Notes under the pieces: generated by a model | Database searches by the model: none | The model's input: only the letters and a program-made list of their open reading frames with translations | Told to the model about the DNA's origin: nothing | Part shown: piece by piece, positions 26,125 through 35,962 of the stretch | How the letters are laid out: each line of letters opens with the position of its first letter | Position numbering within the stretch: the first letter of the stretch is position 1 | Assembly (NCBI GenBank): GCA_035627075.1 | Contig: DASPMK010000349.1 | Coordinates: 1-36,730 of the forward strand | Direction: 5' to 3' | DNA length: 36,730 bases | Source of the DNA: Azospirillaceae bacterium | Lineage (GTDB): Bacteria; Pseudomonadota; Alphaproteobacteria; Azospirillales; Azospirillaceae | Translations under genes and position numbers: made by a program

Positions 26125-28422
26125 TTACTCCACCATCTCCGGCACGCGCTCGGGGTGGTGACCCTCGGGCGGCTCGGGATAGTCGAAGACCAGCTTGTCT
26201 TCCTTGACCGACACCCGCACCAGACCGCCGCGCGCCAGCCTGCCGAACAACAATTCTTCGGCCAGCGGCTTTTTGATGTACTCCTGGATGGCCCGCCCGA
26301 GCGGCCGGGCACCGTAGAGCGGATCATAGCCTTTGCGCGCCAGCCACGCCCGCGCCTCGTCGGTCAACTCGATGGTCACGCCGCGATCGGACAGTTGGGC
26401 CTCCAACTGCATGACGAACTTGTCCACCACCAAGGCGATGATTTCCTGCGACAGGCCGGCGAACGGGATGATGGCGTCCAGACGGTTGCGGAACTCCGGC
26501 GTGAACATGCGATTGATCGCATCGGTGTCCTCGCCGATCCGGGTTTCGCGCTCGAAACCGATGGCCGGCTTGGCGAGGTCGGCGGCGCCCGCGTTGGTCG
26601 TCATGATCAAGATGACGTTGCGGAAATCCACCGTCTTGCCATTGTGGTCCGTCAGCTTGCCATGGTCCATCACCTGCAACAGGATATTGAACAGGTCCGG
26701 ATGCGCTTTTTCGATCTCGTCCAGCAGCAACACGCAATGCGGATGCTGGTCGATGGCGTCGGTCAACAAGCCACCCTGGTCGAAGCCGACGTAGCCCGGC
26801 GGAGCGCCGATCAGCCGCGACACGGTGTGCCGCTCCATGTACTCCGACATGTCGAAGCGGACAAGCTCGATGCCCAGTGTACGGGACAACTGGCGGGCCA
26901 CCTCGGTCTTGCCCACGCCGGTAGGGCCGGAGAACAGGTAGTTGCCGATGGGTTTCTCGGCTTCACGCAGGCCCGCACGGGCCAGCTTGATCGCCGAAAC
27001 CAGCGCGTCGATCGCCTTGTTCTGGCCGAAGACCATGGTGCGCAGGTCGCGCTCCAGATTCTTCAGGGTTTCGCGGTCGTCGCGGGACACGCTCTTGGGC
27101 GGGATGCGGGCGATCTTGGCGACCACCGACTCCACGTCCTTGACCGCGATGGTCTTCTTGCGCTTGGACTCCGGCAACAGCATCTGCGCCGCGCCGACCT
27201 CGTCGATGATGTCGATCGCCTTATCCGGCAGCTTGCGGTCGCCGATATATTTCGCCGACAGTTCCACCGCCGCGCGGATGGAGTCGTTGGTGTAGCGGAC
27301 CCGGTGATACTTCTCGTAGTAGGGCTTGAGACCTTGCAGGATCTTGATCGCGTCCTCGATCGTCGGTTCGTTGACGTCGATCTTCTGGAAGCGGCGGACC
27401 AGCGCCCGATCCTTTTCGAAGTAGTTGCGGTATTCCTTGTAGGTGGTGGAACCGATGCAGCGCAACGTGCCCGAAGCCAGTGCCGGCTTCAAAAGGTTGG
27501 AGGCGTCCATCGCCCCGCCCGAGGTCGCCCCGGCACCGATCACCGTGTGGATCTCGTCGATGAAGAGGACGGAGCCTTCCGTCGTCTCCAACTCGGCGAT
27601 GACGGCTTTCAGCCGCTCCTCGAAGTCGCCGCGATAACGCGTGCCGGCCAAAAGCGCGCCCATGTCGAGCGCGAAGATGGTGGCGTTGCGCAGCACCTCC
27701 GGCACTTCGCCGTGGACGATGCGCCGGGCCAAGCCCTCGGCGATCGCCGTCTTGCCGACGCCGGGATCACCCACGTAGAGCGGGTTGTTCTTGGAGCGTC
27801 GGCACAGAATCTGGATGGTACGCTCAACCTCGGACTCGCGGCCGATCAGCGGATCGATCTTTCCGCTCGCGGCCTTCTTGTTCAGGTTGACGCAGTACGC
27901 CTCTAACGCCTCGTTCCCTTTTTTCACGACCTTCTCCGCCGCCGAGTCCTCGTCGGCTCCAGAGACCCGCTTCGCTTCCGACCGGCCCGGAGCCTTCGCG
28001 ATACCGTGTGAGATGTAGTTCACCGCGTCGAACCGGGTCATTTCCTGCTCCTGCAGGAAATAGACGGCATGGCTCTCGCGTTCGGAAAACAGCGCGACGA
28101 GCACATTGGCTCCCGTCACTTCCTCACGCCCGGACGACTGGACGTGGATGGCGGCGCGCTGCAGGACCCGCTGGAACCCAGCGGTAGGCTTGGCATCGTC
28201 CGGCCGGTTGGAAATCAGGTTGGCCAGCTCGTTATCGAGGTAGTCGGAAATTTCGGCCCGTAACCGTTCGAGATCCACCCCACAAGCCCTAAGTACGGCC
28301 ATGGAGTCAGCGTCCTCGGTAAGTGCGAGCAACAGGTGCTCAAGGGTAGCGTACTCGTGGCGGCGCTCGTTGGCGTAGGCTAGGGCTCGGTGCAGCGTTT
28401 GCTCGAGATTACGCGAGAGCAT
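26125..28422 (-). CDS. clpA: ATP-dependent Clp protease ATP-binding subunit ClpA
   Basis: 765 aa: [34 protein letters not shown]... Two Walker A motifs ([16 protein letters not shown]). Starts 8 nt after clpS. Confidence 0.97.
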   Translation of the reverse strand: MLSRNLEQTLHRALAYANERRHEYATLEHLLLALTEDADSMAVLRACGVDLERLRAEISDYLDNELANLISNRPDDAKPTAGFQRVLQRAAIHVQSSGREEVTGANVLVALFSERESHAVYFLQEQEMTRFDAVNYISHGIAKAPGRSEAKRVSGADEDSAAEKVVKKGNEALEAYCVNLNKKAASGKIDPLIGRESEVERTIQILCRRSKNNPLYVGDPGVGKTAIAEGLARRIVHGEVPEVLRNATIFALDMGALLAGTRYRGDFEERLKAVIAELETTEGSVLFIDEIHTVIGAGATSGGAMDASNLLKPALASGTLRCIGSTTYKEYRNYFEKDRALVRRFQKIDVNEPTIEDAIKILQGLKPYYEKYHRVRYTNDSIRAAVELSAKYIGDRKLPDKAIDIIDEVGAAQMLLPESKRKKTIAVKDVESVVAKIARIPPKSVSRDDRETLKNLERDLRTMVFGQNKAIDALVSAIKLARAGLREAEKPIGNYLFSGPTGVGKTEVARQLSRTLGIELVRFDMSEYMERHTVSRLIGAPPGYVGFDQGGLLTDAIDQHPHCVLLLDEIEKAHPDLFNILLQVMDHGKLTDHNGKTVDFRNVILIMTTNAGAADLAKPAIGFERETRIGEDTDAINRMFTPEFRNRLDAIIPFAGLSQEIIALVVDKFVMQLEAQLSDRGVTIELTDEARAWLARKGYDPLYGARPLGRAIQEYIKKPLAEELLFGRLARGGLVRVSVKEDKLVFDYPEPPEGHHPERVPEMVE

Positions 28423-28430
28423 GGCCTAGG

Positions 28431-28757
28431 CTAATCCTTTTCCAGAGTGCATTGCAGTGGATGCTGATGCTGGCGCGCGAAGTCCATCACCTGCGTTACC
28501 TTGGTTTCCGCCACTTCATACGTAAAGACGCCACAGATTCCGACACCGCGCCGATGCACGTGCAGCATGATCCGTGTCGCCTCCTCACGGGACTTGCTGA
28601 AGAAGCGCTCCAGCACATGGACAACGAATTCCATGGGCGTGTAGTCGTCGTTCAACATCAAGACCTTGTACATGGAGGGTTTTTTTGTCTTCGGCTTGGT
28701 CTTTACGACCACACCCGTAGAAGTACCCTCATCCCCTTGCTTATCGGAGTCGGCCAT
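28431..28757 (-). CDS. clpS: ATP-dependent Clp protease adaptor ClpS
   Basis: 108 aa from ATG 28757: [24 protein letters not shown]...[29 protein letters not shown]. Confidence 0.95.
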   Translation of the reverse strand: MADSDKQGDEGTSTGVVVKTKPKTKKPSMYKVLMLNDDYTPMEFVVHVLERFFSKSREEATRIMLHVHRRGVGICGVFTYEVAETKVTQVMDFARQHQHPLQCTLEKD

Positions 28758-28940
28758 GGATTGAACGTTCAGTCTGCGCAATGGATATCCATAACCAATG
28801 ATATGAGAAGTTCGGCCCGAGTTGGAAGGGGCCATTTCATTCCCTGGCCAAAGGGAGAGGCGAAAACCCCGGCTGGTGGCCGGAAACCCGATATGGGAAC
28901 CGCTCCCGGAATGGCAAGTCGAGTCCATGAAGAATGTGGA

Positions 28941-28976
28941 AAAAACAAAGCCCGGCGACCGAAGCCGCCGGGCTTT
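28941..28976 (-). terminator. rho-independent terminator after the first phasin gene
   Basis: Minus strand: AAAGCCCGGCG-GCTTCGGT-CGCCGGGCTTT followed by GTTTTTT. Confidence 0.8.
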
Positions 28977-29028
28977 ATCCCCTATCCGAAAGATAGAGGT
29001 AGACGACACTGCCCGATTGACTGCCTAA

Positions 29029-29505
29029 TCAGGCGGCAATCGGCTTGCCGAACTTTTCGACCGCGGCGTTGACGCGGGCGTTGATCGGGGCAAGCGCCTC
29101 GTTGGTCACCTTCACCGACAGCTCCGACAGCCTGGTGCTCTCGGCCATGAAGGCGTCGAAGCTCTGCTTGGCGAAGCTGGTCTGCAGGTCGATCACGTCC
29201 TTCAGCGTCTTGGCGCCCATCAACGCCTTGCCGGTGGCCACGCCCTTTTCCAGGGAAACCTGGGCGTAGGCGGCGACGGCCTTGCCGGCCTCCTCCGCGC
29301 CCTTGGCGACGATGGTGGAGGACTGAACGACGGCGTCGACGTTCTGCTTGGAGAAAGAGGCGATGTCGTCGTAGCCCTGGAAGAGCTGCTGACTGACCTT
29401 CTCGGCCTGCTCCTGACCGGCCTTGATGAAGCCTTCGAGGGCTTGGCTGGAGTGGGCGGTTAGGTCCTCGATGGTCTTGGTGGCGGCGGCAATCTTATCG
29501 TTCAT
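29029..29505 (-). CDS. phaP: phasin family protein
   Basis: 158 aa, Ala/Lys/Gln-rich helical protein (...FSKQNVDAVVQSSTIVAKGAEEAGKAVAAYAQVSLEKGVATGKALMGAKTLKDVIDLQTSFAKQSFD...). A GAGAAGGA RBS is upstream. Confidence 0.9.
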   Translation of the reverse strand: MNDKIAAATKTIEDLTAHSSQALEGFIKAGQEQAEKVSQQLFQGYDDIASFSKQNVDAVVQSSTIVAKGAEEAGKAVAAYAQVSLEKGVATGKALMGAKTLKDVIDLQTSFAKQSFDAFMAESTRLSELSVKVTNEALAPINARVNAAVEKFGKPIAA

Positions 29506-29608
29506 CGTCAGGTCCTTCTCGAACGTCTGAATGTCTCGGCGGGAGAGTTTTGCTGCACTGCAACATTGCCCTCAATATAAGCGCTTCGCGGAACAAGTCA
29601 ACGGTTAT

Positions 29609-29623
29609 TTGTGCGCTGCACAA
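29609..29623. promoter_or_regulatory. TTGTGC-N3-GCACAA palindrome upstream of phasin gene 1
   Basis: Perfect inverted repeat TTGTGCGCTGCACAA about 104 nt upstream of ATG 29505. The same half-sites recur at 30363-30377. Confidence 0.4.
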
Positions 29624-29655
29624 AAACCGGAAGTGGCATATGGACCAGGATCGGC

Positions 29656-30183
29656 TTAGGGCGCCCCCGGCTTGCCGAAAGTTTCGACGGCTGCCGAAAA
29701 GCGGGCGTTGATGGGGCCGAAAGCGTCTTGGGTCATTTTGACGGTCAACTCCGACAGCCTGGAGCTTTCGGTCAGCAGAGAATCAAAGCTGGATTTGGCG
29801 TAGCTGGTCTGCAGCGTGATCAGGTCGCCGACGTTGCGCACGCCCAGCAAGGCCTTGCCGGTGGCGAAGCTCTGCTCCAGCGACGACTGCGCGTAGGCCG
29901 CCATCGCCTTGCTTACCGCCTCGGCGCCTTGCGCCACGATGGTGCCGGAGCGAACGAAGGCGTCGACGTTCTCCTTGTTGAAGCGGGTCAACTCGTCCAA
30001 GCCCTTGAGCACCTGTTCGCTCGCCTTTTCCACCTGTTCCTTAGTGGTGGTCAGCGCCTGTTCGAACTGACGCGCGGCCTGCTCCTGCCCCACTTTCACC
30101 AGTCCCTCGAAGGCATCCTTGGCCTGGATGGCAACGGTATCGACGCTGGTCTGGGCGGCGCTGTTCTTGATTTTGGTCGTCAT
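29656..30183 (-). CDS. phaP: phasin family protein (paralogue)
   Basis: 175 aa from ATG 30183 (MTTKIKNSAAQTSVDTVAIQAKDAFEGLVKVGQEQAARQ...FNKENVDAFVRSGTIVAQGAEAVSKAMAAYAQSSLEQSFATGKALLG...). A GAGAAGGA RBS is upstream. The longer 232-aa ORF is a read-through. Confidence 0.88.
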   Translation of the reverse strand: MTTKIKNSAAQTSVDTVAIQAKDAFEGLVKVGQEQAARQFEQALTTTKEQVEKASEQVLKGLDELTRFNKENVDAFVRSGTIVAQGAEAVSKAMAAYAQSSLEQSFATGKALLGVRNVGDLITLQTSYAKSSFDSLLTESSRLSELTVKMTQDAFGPINARFSAAVETFGKPGAP

Positions 30184-30362
30184 TCTCCACGATCCTTCTC
30201 GGGTTCGGCCGCTTTTATCGCCGGTGCTCGCGGCAAGTGCGGTCCGTTGTCTCTTGCCCTCGCCCGCCGGGCGCCTCTGGCCTTTCGATATCAGCCATAT
30301 GCCCACTGCAACGCTGGGATGTTCGAACGATAAGCGATTCCCAAAGAGGGTCAATCAACAAA

Positions 30363-30377
30363 TTGTGCAATGCACAA
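30363..30377. promoter_or_regulatory. TTGTGC-N3-GCACAA palindrome upstream of phasin gene 2
   Basis: TTGTGCAATGCACAA about 180 nt upstream of ATG 30183. Confidence 0.4.
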
Positions 30378-30488
30378 AGGTCATATTGCTCAAAGTTGAA
30401 TTTATACTTTTGACTTATTCTTTACCGGGGATTTACCTTTCTCCCTAATCAATCAACGGCCATCCGGCGCTCGACCTTTGAGGACCCC

Positions 30489-31238
30489 ATGACCTACTGC
30501 CTCGGCATCAAGATTCGCGACGGTATCGTCGGCCTGTCGGACGGCCGCATCACCAGCGGCACGCAGCTGTCGTCGGCGCGCAAGGTGACCATGATGGGCA
30601 ATGGCGGGAACCGCTTCTTCATCATGAGCTCGGGCCTGCGCAGCGTGCGAGACAAGACGCAAGCCTACCTGCGCCGCGACATGACCCGCCGCCACGGCGA
30701 CACCTTTCCCTCGATGCTGGAGGCGGTGAACGCCTTCACCCAATGCCTGCGGCAGGTGGCGGAGGAGGATCGCGAATCGCTGGAGCGGTCGCGTCTGGCC
30801 TTCAACCTGCACGCCATTATCGGCGGCCAACTGGCCGAGGACGCCGTACCGACCATGTATCTGGTCTACCCCGAGGGCAACTGGATCGAGGTGGACGAGC
30901 GCACCCCTTATCTGTCGATCGGCGCCACCGGGTACGGCAAGCCCATCCTCGACCGCGCGTTGCGCTTCGACACGCCGATGCAGACGGCGCTGAAACTGGC
31001 GTACCTGTCGTTCGACTCGACGCGCTTCAGCTCCAACGACGTGGGCTTCCCCATCGACCTGCTGAGCTATACCCCGGAGGGGCGCGCCTGGCGCGAGAAG
31101 ACCTTCGACTACGACGACCTGTTGGAGCAGCGCCAGTGGTGGAACCAGCACATCACCGAACTGGTCCGCCGCATGCCCGACGGCCCTTGGACCGATAATC
31201 TGGTGCCGGCCGCGGGCAAGGCGCTGGCCGAGAGTTAG
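30489..31238 (+). CDS. proteasome-type protease (Anbu-like Ntn hydrolase)
   Basis: 249 aa: MTYCLGIKIRDGIVGLSDGRITSG... (Thr2 nucleophile after Met removal), ...YLVYPEGNW...YLSIGATGYGKPILDR... A GAGGA RBS is upstream. Confidence 0.8.
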   Translation: MTYCLGIKIRDGIVGLSDGRITSGTQLSSARKVTMMGNGGNRFFIMSSGLRSVRDKTQAYLRRDMTRRHGDTFPSMLEAVNAFTQCLRQVAEEDRESLERSRLAFNLHAIIGGQLAEDAVPTMYLVYPEGNWIEVDERTPYLSIGATGYGKPILDRALRFDTPMQTALKLAYLSFDSTRFSSNDVGFPIDLLSYTPEGRAWREKTFDYDDLLEQRQWWNQHITELVRRMPDGPWTDNLVPAAGKALAES

Positions 31239-31271
31239 TCCCTGTCCGCCGGCTCTCGAACAAGAGGATAC

Positions 31272-31802
31272 TTACGGCCGCATCACCTCCACCAACCGGC
31301 GGTGGGGAGCGACGTAGGGCGCCAGGAACCAGGTGCCGGCCAGACACCCGCTCACCAGCCACACCTGCTCGTCCGGCGCCACCGTCTGCGCCGGCGGCTC
31401 GGTCAGCACGCCCGACGCCGCCAGCCGCTCCAGGAACTGGCGATACTGCGGCACGGTCAGCCGCGCCAGCTTCGACCGCTCGGCCCAGGGGCCGGCGGGC
31501 GCCGACAGATCGATACGCCGGGGGTCGGTGCCGGGAAAATCATGCACTTCGACAAAAGCCCCCTGAAAGCCGTCGGCTACGATCTCGAATGCCTGCAACC
31601 GGCGCGACGCCGCATCCTGGCGGACAAGGCGCAGGTGGTCCGGCCGGTCGCCGACGCACCCCTCCCGGATATCCGCCCCGCTGAGGTAGGCAAGCCAACT
31701 CAGTCGCGGCGGCGACGGTTCACCGACGGTTCCGTCGGCGGCACATCCGGCGGCAAGGAGCAGGATCGCCAGGGCGACCCACGGGCGACGGAGGAGTTCC
31801 AT
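31272..31802 (-). CDS. putative lipoprotein
   Basis: 176 aa from ATG 31802 with the signal peptide/lipobox MELLRRPWVALAILLLAAGC. Family not recognised. Confidence 0.65.
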   Translation of the reverse strand: MELLRRPWVALAILLLAAGCAADGTVGEPSPPRLSWLAYLSGADIREGCVGDRPDHLRLVRQDAASRRLQAFEIVADGFQGAFVEVHDFPGTDPRRIDLSAPAGPWAERSKLARLTVPQYRQFLERLAASGVLTEPPAQTVAPDEQVWLVSGCLAGTWFLAPYVAPHRRLVEVMRP

Positions 31803-32001
31803 GGCGGGAGATATAACACCCTTCCCGCCGACCGTCAGAGACCTGAGGATCTGAATCGCCTGCGCGTCTGGTCTACACCGCTGGGGGCGCATCCCCTTTT
31901 TATCCCACTCTGGTGGTAGGACAGAGCGAAGCGATAAATTAACGAATTGGTGCTAGACATTGATTCAATTGAAACTTAGTCTTCCTTAGACTTTCTAGGG
32001 C

Positions 32002-33390
32002 GTGCGGTTGCTGGGGGGCTACTACACCGTGATCTCTATTTGTTCTGTTGTCAGGGTTTCGACCGTATTGCGCCTTGGGGGGAGCACCGGTCGCACGCTG
32101 GCGGTGATGGCCATCGGCCTTGTTCTCGCAACGGCTCTGTCCGCCGGACCGGCCGACGCGGCGAATGCCCGCAAGGCCGCCAAGGCGGCCGTCAACCCCG
32201 TGCAGACGTCGCGCTACGGCTCGATCGTTGTCGATGCCGACACCGGGCAGGTCCTGTACGAGGACGGCGCCGACGAGCGCAAGTACCCGGCGTCGCTGAC
32301 CAAGATGATGACGTTGTACCTGACGTTCGACGCCCTGAACCAGGGCAAGCTGCGCCTGGACCAGCAGGTGCCCGTCTCGTCCCACGCCCAGGCGCAGTCG
32401 CCGACCAAGCTGGGCCTGCGCGCCGGCGAAACCATCATGGTCGAGCAATGCATTCTGGCGCTGGTCACCAAGTCGGCTAACGACTGCGCCGTGGTGCTGG
32501 CCGAGACGCTGGGCGGCACCGAACGCGGTTTCGGCGATATCATGACCGACAAAGCCCATGCGCTCGGCATGTCGCGGACCACGTTCCGCAATGCCTCGGG
32601 CCTGCCCAACGACCAGCAGTTCTCGACCCCGCGCGACATGGCGACGCTGAGCCGCGCGCTGATCAGGAACCATGCCAGATACTATCACTATTTTAGCCGG
32701 CCGAGCTTTACCTACAAGGGCGTCGCCCACCGTAACCACAACCGCCTGATGGGGCGGTACGACGGCATGGACGGCCTTAAGACCGGCTTCACCAACGCCT
32801 CGGGCTTCAATCTCGCGGCCTCGGCGGTACGCAACGGGCGCCGGTTGGTCGCCGTGGTGTTCGGCGGCCCGTCGACCCACTGGCGCGACAACCATCTGGC
32901 CAGCCTGCTCAACGACGCCTTCGACAGCCGCTCCGGCATCGCCGTGGCCTCGCGCAGCAAGGCGGCCCCCGAGCCCGCCGCCGCCCACGAGGACGACGAC
33001 GCGGAGGAGACCGCCAAGGTCGTTCGCACCATGGCCGCCGCCCAGCCGGCGGCGCCGGTCAAGAGTGCCGCCGTGCAGAAGACCAGCGTGAAGGCCGCCG
33101 AACCGCCCAAGCCGGTGCCCGCCAAGGCCGCCGCCGGCAGCTGGGGCATCCAGGTCGGCGCCTACACCAACCGCAAGGCCAGCGAGCGCGCCGTGGCCGA
33201 CGCCAGCAAGACGCTGTCCAATCTGGTCAGCGGCGCCCAGCCGGCCTATGTGACGATCGGTACCAAAAAGGGCATCGTCTACCGTGCCCGCCTCACCGGG
33301 CTGGATGAAAAGACCGCCAAAACCGCCTGCGCTCGGCTGTCCAAGTCCGGCCAGAAGTGCCATACCGTGTCGCCCGGCGACCGGGGATGA
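32002..33390 (+). CDS. D-alanyl-D-alanine carboxypeptidase (S11 PBP) with C-terminal SPOR domain
   Basis: Motifs SLTK, SAND and KTGFT. C-terminal GSWGIQVGAYTNRKASERAV...YRARLTGLDEKTAKTACARL (SPOR-like). The start is uncertain (GTG 32002, GTG 32029 or TTG 32068 all precede the signal peptide). Confidence 0.88.
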   Translation: MRLLGGYYTVISICSVVRVSTVLRLGGSTGRTLAVMAIGLVLATALSAGPADAANARKAAKAAVNPVQTSRYGSIVVDADTGQVLYEDGADERKYPASLTKMMTLYLTFDALNQGKLRLDQQVPVSSHAQAQSPTKLGLRAGETIMVEQCILALVTKSANDCAVVLAETLGGTERGFGDIMTDKAHALGMSRTTFRNASGLPNDQQFSTPRDMATLSRALIRNHARYYHYFSRPSFTYKGVAHRNHNRLMGRYDGMDGLKTGFTNASGFNLAASAVRNGRRLVAVVFGGPSTHWRDNHLASLLNDAFDSRSGIAVASRSKAAPEPAAAHEDDDAEETAKVVRTMAAAQPAAPVKSAAVQKTSVKAAEPPKPVPAKAAAGSWGIQVGAYTNRKASERAVADASKTLSNLVSGAQPAYVTIGTKKGIVYRARLTGLDEKTAKTACARLSKSGQKCHTVSPGDRG

Positions 33391-33447
33391 CGGTGCGAGG
33401 GGGCTTTGGCGCCCCCTTGTCTCCCCCGGAAGCTTTTGCTTCCCGTC

Positions 33448-33500
33448 AGATTCAAGAAGAAGGGGACCTTCCTTGCGGAGGTCCCCTTCTTCTTGAATCT
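33448..33500. other. perfect 21-bp-stem hairpin
   Basis: AGATTCAAGAAGAAGGGGACC - 11-nt loop - GGTCCCCTTCTTCTTGAATCT. No T tract on either side. Lies 57 nt after the carboxypeptidase stop and 20 nt before repeat copy B. Confidence 0.6.
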
Positions 33501-33520
33501 GGGGCCAGGGCCTCCCGCTC

Positions 33521-33646
33521 ATACGGGCGGCGTTTGAACACTTCCATGATTTGCCGCCCGTATCCCCCTTTCGCACATTGCGCCGCACTGTGCCGTCGGG
33601 TTTGAACCAAAGGCGGTTGATGGCTTTCATCAACCGCCTTTGGTAT
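33521..33646 (+). repeat. 126-bp three-hairpin repeat, copy B
   Basis: Gap-free alignment to 1636-1761. The third hairpin has a perfect 17-bp stem (ACCAAAGGCGGTTGATG/CATCAACCGCCTTTGGT). Confidence 0.75.
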
Positions 33647-33689
33647 CACGGGCCAATAGTCCGAGGGGCAAAACCTCCCGGATGCCGCG

Positions 33690-34403
33690 TCAGGCCAGTT
33701 CGTTCGCCAGCACCGCCCCGCGCGAGGCCATGACGTAGAGGCCCATGTGGTGGGCCTCATCCTGCGGGTGGGTGGCGGTATCGGGCAGGCCGATGGAGCG
33801 CGCCACGCCCAGCGGCAGGTCGTAAGTGGCGCAGCCCGGCTCGTAGACCACGATGTCCCTGAGCGTCGGCAGCATGTCGTGGTTGCGGGCCGATAAAAGC
33901 GTCAGCACGAAGTCCATGACGCAGATGTCGGTGCAGATGCCGACGACCACCACGGTTTCCAGCTTGTGCCGGTTGATCCAGTCGGTGATGCGGTTGCCCC
34001 CGTCATGGATCGCACCGACGAAGCCGTTGATGCAGTCCTTGCGGATCAGCGTCGCCTGCGGGTGGCCGTCCAGCCATGCCAGTTCCGGCACGAGGTTTTC
34101 CTGGCCGGTGCCGATTTCGCAGTGGGGCGGATAGGGCGGTTCGGCCTTGCCCGGCGTGTGGCTGTCGAGAAAGGCGGCAACCGGACGCTGGGCTTCGACG
34201 AAGGCGCGGGCCAGCCGGTCGGTTTCAGCCACCATGCGGCTGACCTGGGCGTTGGGCACCGGCGGGGCCAGCGGGCCGCAGCCGACGGTGCAGAAGCCGT
34301 TCACCTCATCGACGACGACGAGGCCGGTGGCCTTGCCCCGCGTGTCGTAGAACCCCAGGGCGACGGGAAGGGTCTGTTGCAGGGTGGTGAGGGTTTCGGT
34401 CAT
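33690..34403 (-). CDS. isochorismatase family cysteine hydrolase
   Basis: 237 aa with LVVVDEVNGF, KDCINGF and VVVGICTDICV (catalytic Cys context). A strong GGGAGGA RBS is upstream. Confidence 0.85.
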   Translation of the reverse strand: MTETLTTLQQTLPVALGFYDTRGKATGLVVVDEVNGFCTVGCGPLAPPVPNAQVSRMVAETDRLARAFVEAQRPVAAFLDSHTPGKAEPPYPPHCEIGTGQENLVPELAWLDGHPQATLIRKDCINGFVGAIHDGGNRITDWINRHKLETVVVVGICTDICVMDFVLTLLSARNHDMLPTLRDIVVYEPGCATYDLPLGVARSIGLPDTATHPQDEAHHMGLYVMASRGAVLANELA

Positions 34404-34441
34404 GGAGTCCTCCCGTAAGGGACCGGGGGCCAGGGGCTCTC

Positions 34442-34500
34442 ATACCAGTTTCAGAAAGTTCCGACCGGCGGTCGGAACTTTTCTGAACCCTCAAACGCCG
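34442..34500 (-). repeat. 59-bp palindromic (REP-like) repeat, copy 2
   Basis: The reverse complement matches 15519-15576. Located between the pgm-like stop and the isochorismatase-like start. Confidence 0.7.
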
Positions 34501-34552
34501 GGCGCGGCCATCCGGCCGCTTGGCGTTCGCTGAGAGCCCCTGTTCCGGTTCC

Positions 34553-35938
34553 TCAGAACGACGCGGGCGTCTCGATCCCGCTTTGCTTCAACTGATCGAC
34601 CAGCAGCTTCTTCAGCCGCTCCAGCCCTTCCTGGCTGAACGCCTCGGCGCGGGCTACCAGTACGTCCTGGGTGTTGGAGGCGCGGACCAGCCACCAGCCG
34701 TCCGGGGTGGTGACGCGCACGCCGTCGATGTCGTTGACGTCGGCGCCCTCGGCCTTCAGGCGCGCCTTGACCTCCTCGACCACGGCGAACTTGCGGCTTT
34801 CATCCACCTGGAAACGGGTTTCCGGGGTGTTGACCACGTTCGGCAGCCGGTCGCGGATGTCCGACAGCTTCTGGCCCGACTTCGACACGAGGTCGAGCAG
34901 GCGGATGCCGCAGTACAGCGCGTCGTCGAAACCGTACCATTTGTCGGCGAAGAAGATATGGCCCGACATCTCGCCGGCCAGCGGCGAGCCGGTTTCGGCC
35001 ATCTTGGCCTTCAACAGCGAGTGGCCGGTCTTCCACATCAAGGGCGTGCCGCCGTGACGGGATATCTCGTCGAACAGCACCTGGCTGGCCTTGACGTCGG
35101 CGATGATGGTTGCACCCGGGTGCTCCTTCAGCACTTCGGCGGCGTAGATGGCAACGAGCTGGTCGCCCCAGATTACCCGGCCCTTCTCGTCGATGGCGCC
35201 GATGCGGTCGCCGTCGCCGTCGAAGCCGATGCCGACGTCGGCCTTCGTCTCCGCCACCACCCGCTTCAGGTCTTCCAGGTTCTCCTCGACCGTCGGGTCG
35301 GGGTGGTGGTTGGGGAAGGTGCCGTCGATGTCGTCGAACAGCAGGGTATGGGTGCCCGGCAGGCGGCCGGTGAGCATCCGCAGGATTTCACCGGAAGCGC
35401 CGTTGCCGGAGTCCCAGACCACGTTCAAGGGCGTCGGCCCTTCGTAGTCCTTGAGCAGGCGCTGCACGTACGCCTCGCGCACGTCGATCTTTTCCGACGA
35501 GCCCTGGCCGCTGACGAAGTCGCCGGCGGCGGCCATCACGCCCAGGTCGGTGATCATCTTGCCGTACACCGGCCCTTTGCCCAGCATCATCTTGATGCCG
35601 TTGTATTCCGGCGGGTTGTGCGAGCCGGTGATCTGGATGCCGGCGTCGGCGTGGCGGTCGCGGGTGGCGAAGTACAGCATCGGCGTGGGGCCGAGGCCGA
35701 TCCGCTCCACGTGCAAGCCGGTGGAAACAAGGCCCTCGACGAGAGCCGCCTCCAGTTCCGGAGAGCTGAGGCGGCCGTCGTAGCCGACGCAAACCCGCTT
35801 GCCGCCCCCGCGGACGACGACGGTGCCGAACGCCCGGCCCACCGCGCGGGCGTCGTCGGTGGTGAGCGTCTTGCCCACGATGCCACGGATGTCGTACTCG
35901 CGCAGGACCGTGGGATGGAAGGTGTGGGTTTGCGTCAT
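34553..35938 (-). CDS. phosphomannomutase/phosphoglucomutase
   Basis: 461 aa with the active-site loop [14 protein letters not shown], the metal site GFDGDGDR and GEMSGH. Confidence 0.93.
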   Translation of the reverse strand: MTQTHTFHPTVLREYDIRGIVGKTLTTDDARAVGRAFGTVVVRGGGKRVCVGYDGRLSSPELEAALVEGLVSTGLHVERIGLGPTPMLYFATRDRHADAGIQITGSHNPPEYNGIKMMLGKGPVYGKMITDLGVMAAAGDFVSGQGSSEKIDVREAYVQRLLKDYEGPTPLNVVWDSGNGASGEILRMLTGRLPGTHTLLFDDIDGTFPNHHPDPTVEENLEDLKRVVAETKADVGIGFDGDGDRIGAIDEKGRVIWGDQLVAIYAAEVLKEHPGATIIADVKASQVLFDEISRHGGTPLMWKTGHSLLKAKMAETGSPLAGEMSGHIFFADKWYGFDDALYCGIRLLDLVSKSGQKLSDIRDRLPNVVNTPETRFQVDESRKFAVVEEVKARLKAEGADVNDIDGVRVTTPDGWWLVRASNTQDVLVARAEAFSQEGLERLKKLLVDQLKQSGIETPASF

Positions 35939-35962
35939 GGTCGGCCTTGTTTCCTCGTTTTA

